A DNA stretch of 64,000 nucleotides from a virus: positions 32,001 through 96,000 of IMG/VR virus record IMGVR_UViG_3300042878_000903, one strand, 5' to 3'. The translations under genes were made by a program, and so were the position numbers. The first letter of the stretch is position 1, and each line of letters starts with the position of its first letter. The notes beneath the pieces are model-generated. The model was not told where the DNA came from. It worked only from the letters and a program-made list of their open reading frames with translations, and searched no databases. Of this stretch, positions 27,617 to 38,055 are shown in pieces.

Positions 27617-30600
27617 TATATATTCTTCCCTTGTCCAACCATTTTAACATTAACTTTAGCCTTTTGTCCAATAACAACTTCTGCTTTTTTAATAATCATA
27701 TTTGATAATGCCTCAACATCCATTCCATCAGATGCGTATATGTTTTGATTTACAACATATGATGCTCCAATTGCTCCATCGCCTTTTACATTATATGACC
27801 TCTTGTCAAAGCTATATCTTGGAGATGCGGCAGCCAATGTATTCATAACATCGTTTGGCATAATATTGGCACGATTTTTTAAGTGAACAAACTCTGGTCC
27901 CTTTTCTCCAACAAGATACATTCCGCTAGCGCCACCCTGTACGCCAGCAGCAGCTTTACCCATGAAAACAATATTTCCATTTGTTTTGCTCTTGCCATAC
28001 CTTTGACCATTCCAAATAAAGGTCTCACCTATTTGTAGGTCTTGGTTATTTGCAATTGATCTTCTAGCCTGTGCATTTAAAACCTTTGTCTTAACTCCAT
28101 TAAATTCTTTTTCTTCCATTGCATTTGAATAATTTCCTGAAACAGCAATATCTTTTCTTAATGCTGGCTTGCCATTTACACCCTTTACCGCATCTACAAC
28201 ATCTTTAAGAGATGCTCCGCCTTTAATGCTATTTGCAAGTGCTTCATTTACAGCAGATCCCGCTCCCGATTTTGCCAATATGCTTAGTGCATTTGCTTGT
28301 GGAGAAACTGGAATTTTATTAGTTACTACTTTTCCACCTTCATAATTTGAATACTCGGTGTATCTTGGCATTTTTTCGCCAGTAGCAGCTTCTACTGCAG
28401 CTACTAATCCTGCTGCTGCTTCTTTATTTGTTTTAACATAATCTTCTACAGATTTACCAGCAGCTTGTGCATTACCATAAAGCGCAGTCATGGAGTTATT
28501 AACTTTGTCTATTGCTGCAATTGCTTCAGCTTGTTTTTTGCGGTACGAATCTAGACTTTCTCCAGCAAGTGCTGCGCTATCTGCAAGGTCCTGTTGTTTA
28601 TTTCCAAGAGCTTCGATGGCGGCCTTAAGAGGTGCATTTGCTGCTTCAGTTGCCTTATCAATAGCTTTTGATTGCGACTCTGTTTGTTGTTGACTTGTTA
28701 ATGATTCTAAATCAAGTCTAAGCTCTTGAGACTTTTGAGTATCTCCAGTTGCTTCAGCATTTTGCATTGCAAGTCTAGTCTTTTCAATTTGTCTGCCAAG
28801 ATCCGCATCTGCTTGTGCGGCAGATAATGCTTTCTTTCTAGCTTCTGCCAGTTTATTATTTGCTTCAATTTGCTTGTTAAGTGAAGACAACTTATCTCTA
28901 TCAGATATTTGCTGTGAAACTGTTTGTCCCTTTAGTGCTTTTGTATAAGACTTAATCTTATCTTCTAGCTTAGCAAGTGCACTATATTGTTTCGATAGAA
29001 GCCCGTCTTTGCTTGAATTTGTTGCCACTACAGATGTATTTATAGCTGCAAATGAATCGGCAATTAATTTTGTTTGTGCAGCATTTAATTGAGAAAGATC
29101 TCCAGTAAATCCTTGCGCCTGCAGCCTAATCTTTTCCCACACACTTACAACCGTATCAGATCCATTAATCATTTTCTTAACCTCTGGATTTGTTTTGGCC
29201 ATTTCATCAACTGTTCCCTGAGTAATTACTGCCCCAGCTTCTTTTGATTTATTTATTTGATCAAGCATTATTTTTTCAGCTTCTGCATAACTGAGAGACT
29301 TTGTTTTTCCAGTTAAATCTTTTGCTACTAGTCTTTCTCTCTTTGCGATTAAATCATTAATTCCAGTCTCGGTAGCCATAAGAGCTGTGTTTAATGATGC
29401 TGCTTTTTCTTTATTTCCTTGGTCTTTTGTATCAGCCCCAAAACTTGTAACTGCAGAAACTGCAGCAGTTTGAGGATCTGTAATTGCTTTAAATGCTGCA
29501 TTGCCAAGTGTTGCAGTAATTGATTGGTCTTTCTTATTTGAAAGCTGAAGCATTGTATATACTTTCTTGGTTGCTTCTTCTGCAGACATCCCAGCAGCAA
29601 TTAACTGCTCTTTAATTCTTCGAACTGCATCTGGAACCTTATTAGATGGCTGTCTATCTAGTGCCTTAATCTGTTCACCAAATGTTTCTTTTACTTCAAT
29701 CTTTAATTTTTTGTATTCTGCAATAGTCATTTGGAATGGAGTTCCGCCATCCTTCATGCTTTCGTAAATTAATTTATTTGCATCAGCTAAATCTTTTGCG
29801 TCTTGTATAGTATCTTTAATTTTTAAACCAAAGTCTGTGAATCTAAGTCCAGCTTTTTTAGCTGCTTCTGCGGTTAAACCAAATGTAGCTATATTAAGAG
29901 TTTGTCCTTCTTTATAATTTTTCCATGCTTTGTAACCAGCAATTACTGCTACTGTTACCGCTGCTAATGGTGCAACTAGTCCTGCTGCTGCTGCTGCAGT
30001 TGCGCCAAATCCTGCAGAAGCTAATCCTGCTGTTGCTGCGCTGGCCGCTGCACGTTTTGTGATCATTCCACCAATTTTTGGAAGAAGCATTTGGCCACCC
30101 ATCATTCCAGCCATGCTACCCATCATTGCGCCATTTTGACCACCAAGTTTTCCACCTATTGCTCCACCTGCTGCCATTCCGCCCATCATACCAACCATGT
30201 TTGCGCCAGCACCTTGACCAAACTCTGGATTTAATCCTTTTGTCTTTAAGTATTGTATTGGGTGCATAATTGCTGCTGTTGAGTATGCGGCATTAGTTTT
30301 AAATGAACTAGCCATTCTTGCAGCACGATCTTCTTTTCCACCTGGGAATGCTCCTGGTACTCCAGCAACTAATATTTCAGAACCACCACGTTTGTAAGAC
30401 GAACCAATGGATTTAGCTGCTGATGTTATAGAGTTTGCATATAATTTTGATCCGTCTACAAGTGATCTTATTGAATAAGATACCTGATCATTAATCATTC
30501 TTGTGCTTGTTATTAATTTATTTGAGCCTGCTTTAAGAGAAGAAGCTATTGATGAGAAAGCAGAGTCTATAGATGAGCCTGCTCCTGATAAGGGAAGTTT

Positions 30601-33600
30601 TAATCCTGGTGCATAAGGGAAAGATCTTTGGCCCCCGTAAGATTTAGCTGCTTCAGCACGTGCTGCTTTTTCTGCAAGTTGTTCTGCACGTTTTGCTGGA
30701 TTTCCACTAAGCCCATATGAGTCTTTATCATTCCTAATAACTCCGCCAATTTCATATCCTGGAATAATTTTTCCACTTTGAAGTGGTCTAAATATTTCTG
30801 GTCCTTTTTCTCCAACAACATAATTTTGTCCTGGAGATACTGGCCCACCCATTTCTCTATTTCCTCTAATATCAAATATTTTCTTTTTAAGCTCTTCTGT
30901 CATTGGGGTATTTTGTTTTGAATCCCAAGTTAAATATTTATTTTTTAATATGTCTTTATCTATTGGAGAAAGCTGTCTTATAATATTTCTGTCAGCAATT
31001 AAATCATTAGCAGCCTGTCTAATAATTGAATCTAGTACGTCTGGCTCAAGACCATGCTTTAAAGCACCAGTCTTTGGATCTTTAACATATCCGTACGGCT
31101 TTTCTTTTGCCATAGCCGCTGCAAACTTGTCATAGAATAATTTTTGTGTATTTTTTCTTAAGCCAGAATTTGCAAATAATGTTTCTGCCATTCCTATTGA
31201 AAGTGAGTTAACTCCCCATGGCGCTGACTCATACATACTAGGCTTAGGAGCTCCAGTTGGTCCAAATCCTGCACCAATTCTTCTCATAGCTAAGCCCTTT
31301 AAAACATTGCCAATTATTCCTCCGTTATTAAACTTAGGCATCATGTGTGCCAGTGCGGTAGGTTCTCCATTAATTTTTTCTATTCCATAATTACGATATG
31401 ATCCCATGTACCGTGTACCATTGGCATCATTTGCTTCCATAAGTTTTGCTAAATCTGTTTTACCATATGGGTTTAAAGCAGTCTCTGCTTGAATTCCCCT
31501 AGCAACTGGGTCAGTTGAATGTGCTCTTCTTTGTCCTGGTACATTTAAGCTTTCTAAATATTCTTTTCTTAAACGAAGTTCTTTGGCTATTGAAAGGTAT
31601 TCTTTGTGTTGAAGCCTTGACCATTCTGCTTCTCCAATTTTTCCAGTACCAGATAAACCAGAAACTATGTTTGTTCTAGCACGATCAGTTAATAGTGCTA
31701 TTTTATCTGGAGGTACTTTGTTTACCTGTAAGAATCTGGTAAGTGAAGGTAAAGCCTGTTGAGATGAGCCATGCATTAAATCGCTTACAATGTCAGCTTT
31801 TTTAGCAGCACCATGAGAAAGAGCTGTATTAACACTTGCTCTTAATCTTCCGCCCCAATTTCCTACGAAATAATATTGCCTACTTAATTCTTTGGATGAC
31901 GATCTAAGCGCAGTTCCAAAAACACTGTCTTGGTATGCTCTAGCTTCTGCACCAGACAAAGACATATCTCTGCCTCGAAGCATTTCTCTTGAAAGCTTTG
32001 GATTACGCTTAAATAATTGTGCTAAAATTTTGCCCATTACTGCTGGGTTTATTGCTCCATAATTAGAGGTTGAAAGACTAATCTTTCCGCCACCCATATT
32101 TCCTGGAAGTGGTCTTCCGTTATTTGCTGCATCTACTGCTGCAAATAGTTCTGGATTGTCTTGAATTCCTGGACCAAATACTGTTTCTTGCGGTGTAAGA
32201 AGAGCAGTAATATTACCACTAGATTTTTTATGTGTTGAAGGAGCGGCTGCAACAAGTGCTGCATTTTTTGGATCTAAAGATGCTTCTTGATTTAATACAT
32301 ATCCGCCCAATGGAACGCTACCCATTCTATCATCATACGAAATAGATGCAGGTCCGCTTACCCGAGTTTTATTTTGACCAAAGTCTTCAATTTTTCCGCC
32401 AGCATTAAATCTAGGTTTTGTTGTTTGAATACTATATCCTGCTCCAGAAGTTCTAACACCAAGACCACGGGCAATAGAATCTACAAGCTTAGAAGTGTCT
32501 GACTTATGGAAAAGCTCTTTCATATTTGACTTGCCAGCTGCGCTTACTACTGGCTGAGATGTGAGCGGTACCATCCCTAAGTTTATGCTTCTTGCTTGAG
32601 CCGTAGCTACACCCTGTGCTGTTTGAGCTAGCATAACTTCTACTTGTCGATTTAATGCAAATATCTTGGCTCTAGCTGCCTCTACTGTAATTTTACCAGC
32701 CTGTAATTGTTTAACAATTAATGCTGTTTCGTCTGCTGCCAAAGAAGTTATCTTTGTCATTTGTGGAAGTAATGCTTGATATGAATCTGATAGTGATGCT
32801 GTTACTGTTCCAGTAGCAGCAATTTCAGTTTTAAGTAATGCTATTTCCGCCTTGGACTGCATTGCTAATGCTGCAGTCATAGAATGCCACTTAGCTGCTT
32901 CTGCTGCAACTATTCCATTTGAAACTCCATTAACTGAAGTAACTCCAGGAATCCTTGGAAGGTCATCACTCATGTATGTCTGTGGTGAATTTGAAAGTCT
33001 TAGGTTTACTGGCTTAGGCCCAGGAACAGTAGAGAATATTGTTTCGCCTGCCCTTTGTTCTGCAGTCTTTGATCCAGTTGGAATAACATGGGACATGTCT
33101 CTTGAATAAGATTTACCGACAAGTGGATTGTCTTTGTCTACAATTCTTCCTCCGCCTCGCATAACTGGATTACCAGCTATTGTAGACATGCTGTTGCTAG
33201 TTGCAACGGTAGATGACATTGCGCTCTGTTTTAATTTTTCAAATGATGCTGCTAATGTTAAAACTGCATCAGAAAATGTAGCTGCTGCCTTTGTGTCACT
33301 GTAGAATGATTGCTCTACATTTTTTGCAGCAGATGATGCTGCCATTAATTCTGGAGTTAATAACTTAAATCCTGTCCCGCCCTTGCCAATGTTTTTAAGA
33401 GCAAGTATTCCTTTAATAATGTATCCAAAGAAGTTGGCAAGTACACCAGTTAACATAATAATAGGACCAGCAACTGCTGTAAGGCTTCCAATAAATCCTA
33501 ATACTGCTTTAATTGGGCCAGGAAGGTTTCCAATAAACTTTACAATGCCGTCAATTGCATTTAATACAAATGTTCCAACTTTTAGGAACTGCTCTCCAAT

Positions 33601-35115
33601 TACTGCTAAATCTGCCTTTACTGACTCTAATGCTCTTCTGTATTTACCAGATGCAGACTCAGTCATTGTTTTTAATTCTCGCTCAGATATGCTAGCAAGA
33701 TCTTTTGTGCTGGCCTTCATCAAATCTAGTACCTGTAGTGTCTGGCTTCCTTCTTTTCCAAGGTTCTCAAATAGTGCGTTTATTCTTGCAAATTGAAACT
33801 TACCAAATAGTTGTTCAATTGCTCTTGCTCTTTGTAATGGCTCAAGAGAATCTAATGAATCTTTCAGTGCCATAACTGTTCCAGTTAGATTGCCAGCATT
33901 CTTTTCAACTATTCCGCCTAGATCAATGCCAAATCCCATGAACTGCTCTTTGGCAACCTTTGTTGGATTAATTATAGATGCTAATGCAGACTTTAATGCG
34001 TTTGCTCCTTCTGAAGCATTAATACCACCTTCACGCATTGCAGTTAAATAAAGTGCAAGATCTTGTATGTCTCCGCCCAATGCTTTTACAACTGGACCAG
34101 CTTTAGGAATTGCTTCTACTAAATCTGCAAGGCTTGTTGAAGTTTGGTTTTCTACTGAGTTTAAAAAGTCAATTGATTCTGCAAGCTCTTGTGAGTTTTG
34201 GCTAAATGCTGTTTGAATTGCAAGAGTAGCTTTCATTGCTTCTTGTCTATCAACTTCACCAAGTACTGCAAGTCTGGTTGTTTGTCTAGTAGATTCTAGA
34301 AGGTCTGCTCCTTCTTTTCCAGTTGCGGCAATGTCCGCAGCTAAACCAATCGTTTCTGTAAAGTTTGCGCCTAGGGTGGAAGCTAGCTCTCTAGACAATG
34401 AAGAAACATCTTTTCTTACCTTTAATAAATCAGCAGCTGATGTTGCTGTTAATCCGCCATAAACCTTTGTAAGTCTTACAAGACCTTCGTCTGCTTCTTT
34501 AAATGCTTTTGCAGCAGCCATTCCAAACGCTGCTAGCGGTACAGTAAGTCCTACTGTAAGCTGTCTACCCGCCCATTGTGTATTTTTACCCCAGTTAATA
34601 AGTTGGTTTGATCCATCCATCATTACCTTATTCATGATAGATAGTTCTTGTCTTAATAATGCAGACTTATTCTTGGTTACGTCTAGTCCAGATTGAACCA
34701 TTACGTTATATTGCATTAACCCTTGAGCATTTTTGCCTAGTGGTTGTATGATTGAGTTTTCAAGCATTACTTGCTGTTTAGCTAAGTCTCTAACTAATGA
34801 GCTAGTTTTTTGTGTATGTCCTTGCCAGGTTCTAAAATATTGTCCTAGCTTCATTCTTCCGCTATCTAGGTTCTGTCCGAACTTAGATACGTCTGAGGTT
34901 AGTGTTACGAAGTGTCTGGCAAACTGGCCAGTGGAGCGCATGGTTTCGTCAAACTGACGATTCATTACTCCAACTTGGCTAGTTAAATTTTTATTTAAAC
35001 CAATTGTTGTAGCTTGAAGTTTTAGAAGTTGGGAGGTCACCGCTTGTAACTGCGCTGTTAGGCTACTAAAATTAGCCGTCGCAGTTATGTTGGTAACTAT
35101 ATTTTGATCTGCCAA
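27616..35115 (-). CDS. Tape measure protein (TP901-type), 2499 aa
   Basis: Very long Ala-rich helical ORF after the tail chaperones; TP901-like core (REGGINASEGANALKS); TTG start. Confidence 0.93.
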   Translation of the reverse strand: MADQNIVTNITATANFSSLTAQLQAVTSQLLKLQATTIGLNKNLTSQVGVMNRQFDETMRSTGQFARHFVTLTSDVSKFGQNLDSGRMKLGQYFRTWQGHTQKTSSLVRDLAKQQVMLENSIIQPLGKNAQGLMQYNVMVQSGLDVTKNKSALLRQELSIMNKVMMDGSNQLINWGKNTQWAGRQLTVGLTVPLAAFGMAAAKAFKEADEGLVRLTKVYGGLTATSAADLLKVRKDVSSLSRELASTLGANFTETIGLAADIAATGKEGADLLESTRQTTRLAVLGEVDRQEAMKATLAIQTAFSQNSQELAESIDFLNSVENQTSTSLADLVEAIPKAGPVVKALGGDIQDLALYLTAMREGGINASEGANALKSALASIINPTKVAKEQFMGFGIDLGGIVEKNAGNLTGTVMALKDSLDSLEPLQRARAIEQLFGKFQFARINALFENLGKEGSQTLQVLDLMKASTKDLASISERELKTMTESASGKYRRALESVKADLAVIGEQFLKVGTFVLNAIDGIVKFIGNLPGPIKAVLGFIGSLTAVAGPIIMLTGVLANFFGYIIKGILALKNIGKGGTGFKLLTPELMAASSAAKNVEQSFYSDTKAAATFSDAVLTLAASFEKLKQSAMSSTVATSNSMSTIAGNPVMRGGGRIVDKDNPLVGKSYSRDMSHVIPTGSKTAEQRAGETIFSTVPGPKPVNLRLSNSPQTYMSDDLPRIPGVTSVNGVSNGIVAAEAAKWHSMTAALAMQSKAEIALLKTEIAATGTVTASLSDSYQALLPQMTKITSLAADETALIVKQLQAGKITVEAARAKIFALNRQVEVMLAQTAQGVATAQARSINLGMVPLTSQPVVSAAGKSNMKELFHKSDTSKLVDSIARGLGVRTSGAGYSIQTTKPRFNAGGKIEDFGQNKTRVSGPASISYDDRMGSVPLGGYVLNQEASLDPKNAALVAAAPSTHKKSSGNITALLTPQETVFGPGIQDNPELFAAVDAANNGRPLPGNMGGGKISLSTSNYGAINPAVMGKILAQLFKRNPKLSREMLRGRDMSLSGAEARAYQDSVFGTALRSSSKELSRQYYFVGNWGGRLRASVNTALSHGAAKKADIVSDLMHGSSQQALPSLTRFLQVNKVPPDKIALLTDRARTNIVSGLSGTGKIGEAEWSRLQHKEYLSIAKELRLRKEYLESLNVPGQRRAHSTDPVARGIQAETALNPYGKTDLAKLMEANDANGTRYMGSYRNYGIEKINGEPTALAHMMPKFNNGGIIGNVLKGLAMRRIGAGFGPTGAPKPSMYESAPWGVNSLSIGMAETLFANSGLRKNTQKLFYDKFAAAMAKEKPYGYVKDPKTGALKHGLEPDVLDSIIRQAANDLIADRNIIRQLSPIDKDILKNKYLTWDSKQNTPMTEELKKKIFDIRGNREMGGPVSPGQNYVVGEKGPEIFRPLQSGKIIPGYEIGGVIRNDKDSYGLSGNPAKRAEQLAEKAARAEAAKSYGGQRSFPYAPGLKLPLSGAGSSIDSAFSSIASSLKAGSNKLITSTRMINDQVSYSIRSLVDGSKLYANSITSAAKSIGSSYKRGGSEILVAGVPGAFPGGKEDRAARMASSFKTNAAYSTAAIMHPIQYLKTKGLNPEFGQGAGANMVGMMGGMAAGGAIGGKLGGQNGAMMGSMAGMMGGQMLLPKIGGMITKRAAASAATAGLASAGFGATAAAAAGLVAPLAAVTVAVIAGYKAWKNYKEGQTLNIATFGLTAEAAKKAGLRFTDFGLKIKDTIQDAKDLADANKLIYESMKDGGTPFQMTIAEYKKLKIEVKETFGEQIKALDRQPSNKVPDAVRRIKEQLIAAGMSAEEATKKVYTMLQLSNKKDQSITATLGNAAFKAITDPQTAAVSAVTSFGADTKDQGNKEKAASLNTALMATETGINDLIAKRERLVAKDLTGKTKSLSYAEAEKIMLDQINKSKEAGAVITQGTVDEMAKTNPEVKKMINGSDTVVSVWEKIRLQAQGFTGDLSQLNAAQTKLIADSFAAINTSVVATNSSKDGLLSKQYSALAKLEDKIKSYTKALKGQTVSQQISDRDKLSSLNKQIEANNKLAEARKKALSAAQADADLGRQIEKTRLAMQNAEATGDTQKSQELRLDLESLTSQQQTESQSKAIDKATEAANAPLKAAIEALGNKQQDLADSAALAGESLDSYRKKQAEAIAAIDKVNNSMTALYGNAQAAGKSVEDYVKTNKEAAAGLVAAVEAATGEKMPRYTEYSNYEGGKVVTNKIPVSPQANALSILAKSGAGSAVNEALANSIKGGASLKDVVDAVKGVNGKPALRKDIAVSGNYSNAMEEKEFNGVKTKVLNAQARRSIANNQDLQIGETFIWNGQRYGKSKTNGNIVFMGKAAAGVQGGASGMYLVGEKGPEFVHLKNRANIMPNDVMNTLAAASPRYSFDKRSYNVKGDGAIGASYVVNQNIYASDGMDVEALSNMIIKKAEVVIGQKAKVNVKMVGQGKNI

Positions 35116-35119
35116 CTAC

Positions 35120-35488
35120 CTACTCCTTTTTGTATCCGAGTCCCGCTCCGATACCAAACCCTGCTTCTGAAGCAAACTGACCTTGTAGTGAAACAACATC
35201 GGATGCATCTGCAGTTATTCCAAGAGCCTTTCTTCTTACATCTTCAAAGCTCTTGCTTTCTTCTTGTTCTTCGGCGCCATCAAGTTCTACGCCTTGTATT
35301 GCGGCCAAAAACTTTCTTTTTTCTGATTCAGACTTTTGCATAGATTTAAAAGTTTGAATCAATTCTGGCATTGAAAGGTTGTCTTCCAATTCCTCGTAAT
35401 TCTTATAGTTTCCTATTAGAAATACTTCTCCTTCTAATGCAGCTAGATCTAGTTCTGACCAGCTAGAACCGCTGCTGCTAGCAAATTT
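35120..35488 (-). CDS. Tail assembly chaperone, -1 frameshift extension (gpT-like part)
   Basis: The -1 frame is open from the end of the TAC gene through WSELDLAALEGEVFLIG into the listed 35120-35389 ORF. Confidence 0.75.
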   Translation of the reverse strand, partial: KFASSSGSSWSELDLAALEGEVFLIGNYKNYEELEDNLSMPELIQTFKSMQKSESEKRKFLAAIQGVELDGAEEQEESKSFEDVRRKALGITADASDVVSLQGQFASEAGFGIGAGLGYKKE

Positions 35489-35781
35489 GGATCGTCCATC
35501 TTAATGCCACCGCAAACTTCAAGGATGCGATTAATTGTTGGAACATCAAGAGTATCCTCAAATGCGTCTCTATTTTTTACCAAATCTGGAAGCTGCTTCT
35601 CTAGTGCTACTGCACAAGCATCGATTAGGATGGTTAGCGTCTCATCTTCTGTAGTTACTTCTGCTGTCTTTGCAATAGCTGCCATAAACTTTCTAAGCTC
35701 TTTAATTGTTAAAGGCTTTAACTTTACGGTTGCGCCATTTTGTAGTTGAATCTCTTCTACATCATATACTGTTGTTGCCAA
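35449..35781 (-). CDS. Tail assembly chaperone (gpG-like)
   Basis: Between major tail gene and TMP; AGGAGG RBS with TTG start. Confidence 0.85.
   Translation of the reverse strand: MATTVYDVEEIQLQNGATVKLKPLTIKELRKFMAAIAKTAEVTTEDETLTILIDACAVALEKQLPDLVKNRDAFEDTLDVPTINRILEVCGGIKMDDPNLLAAAVLAGQN
35482..35488 (-). other. Programmed -1 frameshift slippery heptamer A AAT TTG
   Basis: X XXY YYZ in the correct frame (codons 99-100 of the TAC). Confidence 0.65.
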
Positions 35782-35811
35782 TTTAAATCCTCCTAGGATC
35801 TCGTCTTAATT

Positions 35812-35840
35812 ATTGTATCATATCAGAATTACCAATACAA
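35812..35840 (-). promoter_or_regulatory. Promoter TTGTAT-N17-TACAAT (extended -10) for TAC/TMP
   Basis: Same -35 and extended -10 as 51792-51820; follows a terminator. Confidence 0.6.
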
Positions 35841-35844
35841 TGAT

Positions 35845-35874
35845 AAAACCCCCCTAATTTCTTAGGGGGGTTTT
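35845..35874. terminator. Intrinsic terminator after the major tail gene
   Basis: AAAACCCCCCTAA-tttc-TTAGGGGGGTTTT. Confidence 0.85.
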
Positions 35875-35896
35875 ACTAATTAATAAGAATTAATTA

Positions 35897-36631
35897 TTAT
35901 GCGTGGGTTGAAATGATACGGTCAATAATTAGTCCGTATTCCTGACCTACCTTGATGCCGTCTGGAAGCAAACGGAATGTTACTGGGAATGTTGATGCTG
36001 CGTTACGAGCCAAAGAGAACTGTGACTGTTGTACAGAAAGAACACGACGTGCATAATATACACGCTCAGCAATCAAACCTAGTGTACCGTCAGATGCTGC
36101 TGTACCACCTTGTGGTGCTGCACCGACTGCAACTAATTGACGCTCATTTGGAGCTGCTCCTAGAGCACCTGCCTCAAGACCAAGTGTGCTCTTTGCAGCA
36201 GCAGCTGTTCCTGAATTTGATAAAGTTGATGTTCCTTGACCAAATACGGCTAGAATGTTCTCAAGAGTACCTTCTGCCATTTCTGTTGCGATCATAACTT
36301 CCATTGACTCCTTGAAAAGCTTTGCTGTATCAAGAAGCTGATCTACTGTTACTGAACCGTATGATGGGTTGTAAGTAATTTGAAGACCGTTGTTTGTGTA
36401 ACCTACGTTACGGAATTTGTTTGTTGCATCTGCATTTAGAGTTTCTGTATAAGACTTTCCTGCTGTCTTAACTGCTGGGGTTCCAGTTGAAGTTTCGTTT
36501 TCGAAAGCTACACCTGCTGCTGAACCTGGCTCCATGTTTTCTACATATCCTGATGTTGTGATGTCTTTAGTAGACAAAAAGAGCGGTGAAGCTCCAACAA
36601 GAATATTTTTAGCATTGTTATACTTTGCCAT
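35897..36631 (-). CDS. Major tail (tube) protein
   Basis: NILVGA...VGYTNNGL..TY...VTVDQ...FPVTFRLLP; strong RBS; position before the TAC. Confidence 0.85.
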   Translation of the reverse strand: MAKYNNAKNILVGASPLFLSTKDITTSGYVENMEPGSAAGVAFENETSTGTPAVKTAGKSYTETLNADATNKFRNVGYTNNGLQITYNPSYGSVTVDQLLDTAKLFKESMEVMIATEMAEGTLENILAVFGQGTSTLSNSGTAAAAKSTLGLEAGALGAAPNERQLVAVGAAPQGGTAASDGTLGLIAERVYYARRVLSVQQSQFSLARNAASTFPVTFRLLPDGIKVGQEYGLIIDRIISTHA

Positions 36632-36724
36632 GCTGTACTACCTCCTGTTAAATAAATATATATATATATTGACTTACTGTAAATCTTTAAATCAAGCTGG
36701 CTAGGCTCATTTCCTCTTGGTATA

Positions 36725-36753
36725 ATTTTATCTTACAATCAACTAAAAGGCAA
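36725..36753 (-). promoter_or_regulatory. Promoter TTGCCT-N17-TAAAAT upstream of the major tail gene
   Basis: Read directly; implies an approximately 85-nt leader. Confidence 0.5.
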
Positions 36754-36754
36754 A

Positions 36755-37261
36755 CTAATCAAATCTACCGTTTGGACCTACTGTTCTGGAGTATTTGACT
36801 TCTAGTATTACGTCGGCGGCTAGAAAGCCTGCAAGCTCCTCAGATGGCTCTGTAGGAGACATGTCTACAATTAAGGTATTGTGAAATATTATTTTGTCTG
36901 TAGATCTTGACCTGTTTAGGTCTCTGGCAGAATCGTCCATTCTCCTGAATACGTCCATCATCATATTTCTAATGGCATTTATTTCGGCGTGGTCTACTGA
37001 GTAGATTGTAAATGATATCTTTTCGCAACATATCATCCAGTTCTCTTCGTATGTGCTACCTATCTTGTCATAAACAATATGGGTCTTACCGCTTAAAAAT
37101 TGGCTCATTTCTGGAGCTTGCTGAACTGGAATAATTGGAATTATTGATTCGCCTAAATTGTCGCTATAATATGAGTTAGGATCTACTAGGCTATTGAGTA
37201 TAAGTTCTTGCCATAAGTGTTTTCTAATTTCATACATTGCATCTATATTATAATTTACCAT
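36755..37261 (-). CDS. Tail terminator/completion protein
   Basis: Position immediately before the major tail gene; 168 aa. Confidence 0.6.
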   Translation of the reverse strand: MVNYNIDAMYEIRKHLWQELILNSLVDPNSYYSDNLGESIIPIIPVQQAPEMSQFLSGKTHIVYDKIGSTYEENWMICCEKISFTIYSVDHAEINAIRNMMMDVFRRMDDSARDLNRSRSTDKIIFHNTLIVDMSPTEPSEELAGFLAADVILEVKYSRTVGPNGRFD

Positions 37262-38055
37262 TATGCTGCTCCTCCAAATTGTTCAGTTAATGCTGAGTCC
37301 GCCTGTAGTCTAATTGTACCTGGACTAAAAGAATAACGCACCTTGGATATAGAAGAAGGAACCCTCATTGCTTTTTCAAATTTGGATCCGAATATATTTT
37401 GAAATCCAGACGCTTTTATAGAATGAGATACCATAGGTCCACTAAAATATCTGCTATATGCAAGATTGAATTGATTAGTAGATGCTCTACCGCCTGGGCT
37501 TCTTACTGTAACTGACTTACCCTTTGGCATAAATACAACTTCTCCATCAATTTCAAATACCAGCCTTTCAGCTGATTTTGGTCTGATTGTAATTGGCATA
37601 CCTTTTTCCATTACCGCAGCTTTATTTGCAAAAACGTATCTGCTCTTCTGTTTTCTATTTTTTGTAGGCACGGAAGATTTAGATAATTTTAAATCATAAT
37701 TAATTTTAAATGAAAGTCCAACTGAATCCATTCTATTTAGTTTAAATAATCTACCAGCAGTTTGCCCAGTTTTATTCCATTCATATACATGGTGTAATGA
37801 TTTTGGCTTTGTACGAGCTTGTGAGTCTATGAATAAACCAAAGTCCTGATCTATCTGGTTAAATATTGTAGTTTTAAAAAGTCTTTGAAAGGACTTATTT
37901 GCCGTAAGCTTTGCTGCTACATTTGCCTGGTAATATAAAAATGCAGATATCTGTGCTACGTTACTATCTTTAACAACTCCAGCAGCAGATGAACCGACCA
38001 TTAATCTTTCTAGGCCAGACGCCGCTTGTAGTAGTGCTACTCCGTTAGTCTCCAA
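37261..38055 (-). CDS. Neck/tail completion protein
   Basis: Basic protein with LHHVYEW motif in the head-tail joining block. Confidence 0.55.
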   Translation of the reverse strand: METNGVALLQAASGLERLMVGSSAAGVVKDSNVAQISAFLYYQANVAAKLTANKSFQRLFKTTIFNQIDQDFGLFIDSQARTKPKSLHHVYEWNKTGQTAGRLFKLNRMDSVGLSFKINYDLKLSKSSVPTKNRKQKSRYVFANKAAVMEKGMPITIRPKSAERLVFEIDGEVVFMPKGKSVTVRSPGGRASTNQFNLAYSRYFSGPMVSHSIKASGFQNIFGSKFEKAMRVPSSISKVRYSFSPGTIRLQADSALTEQFGGAA

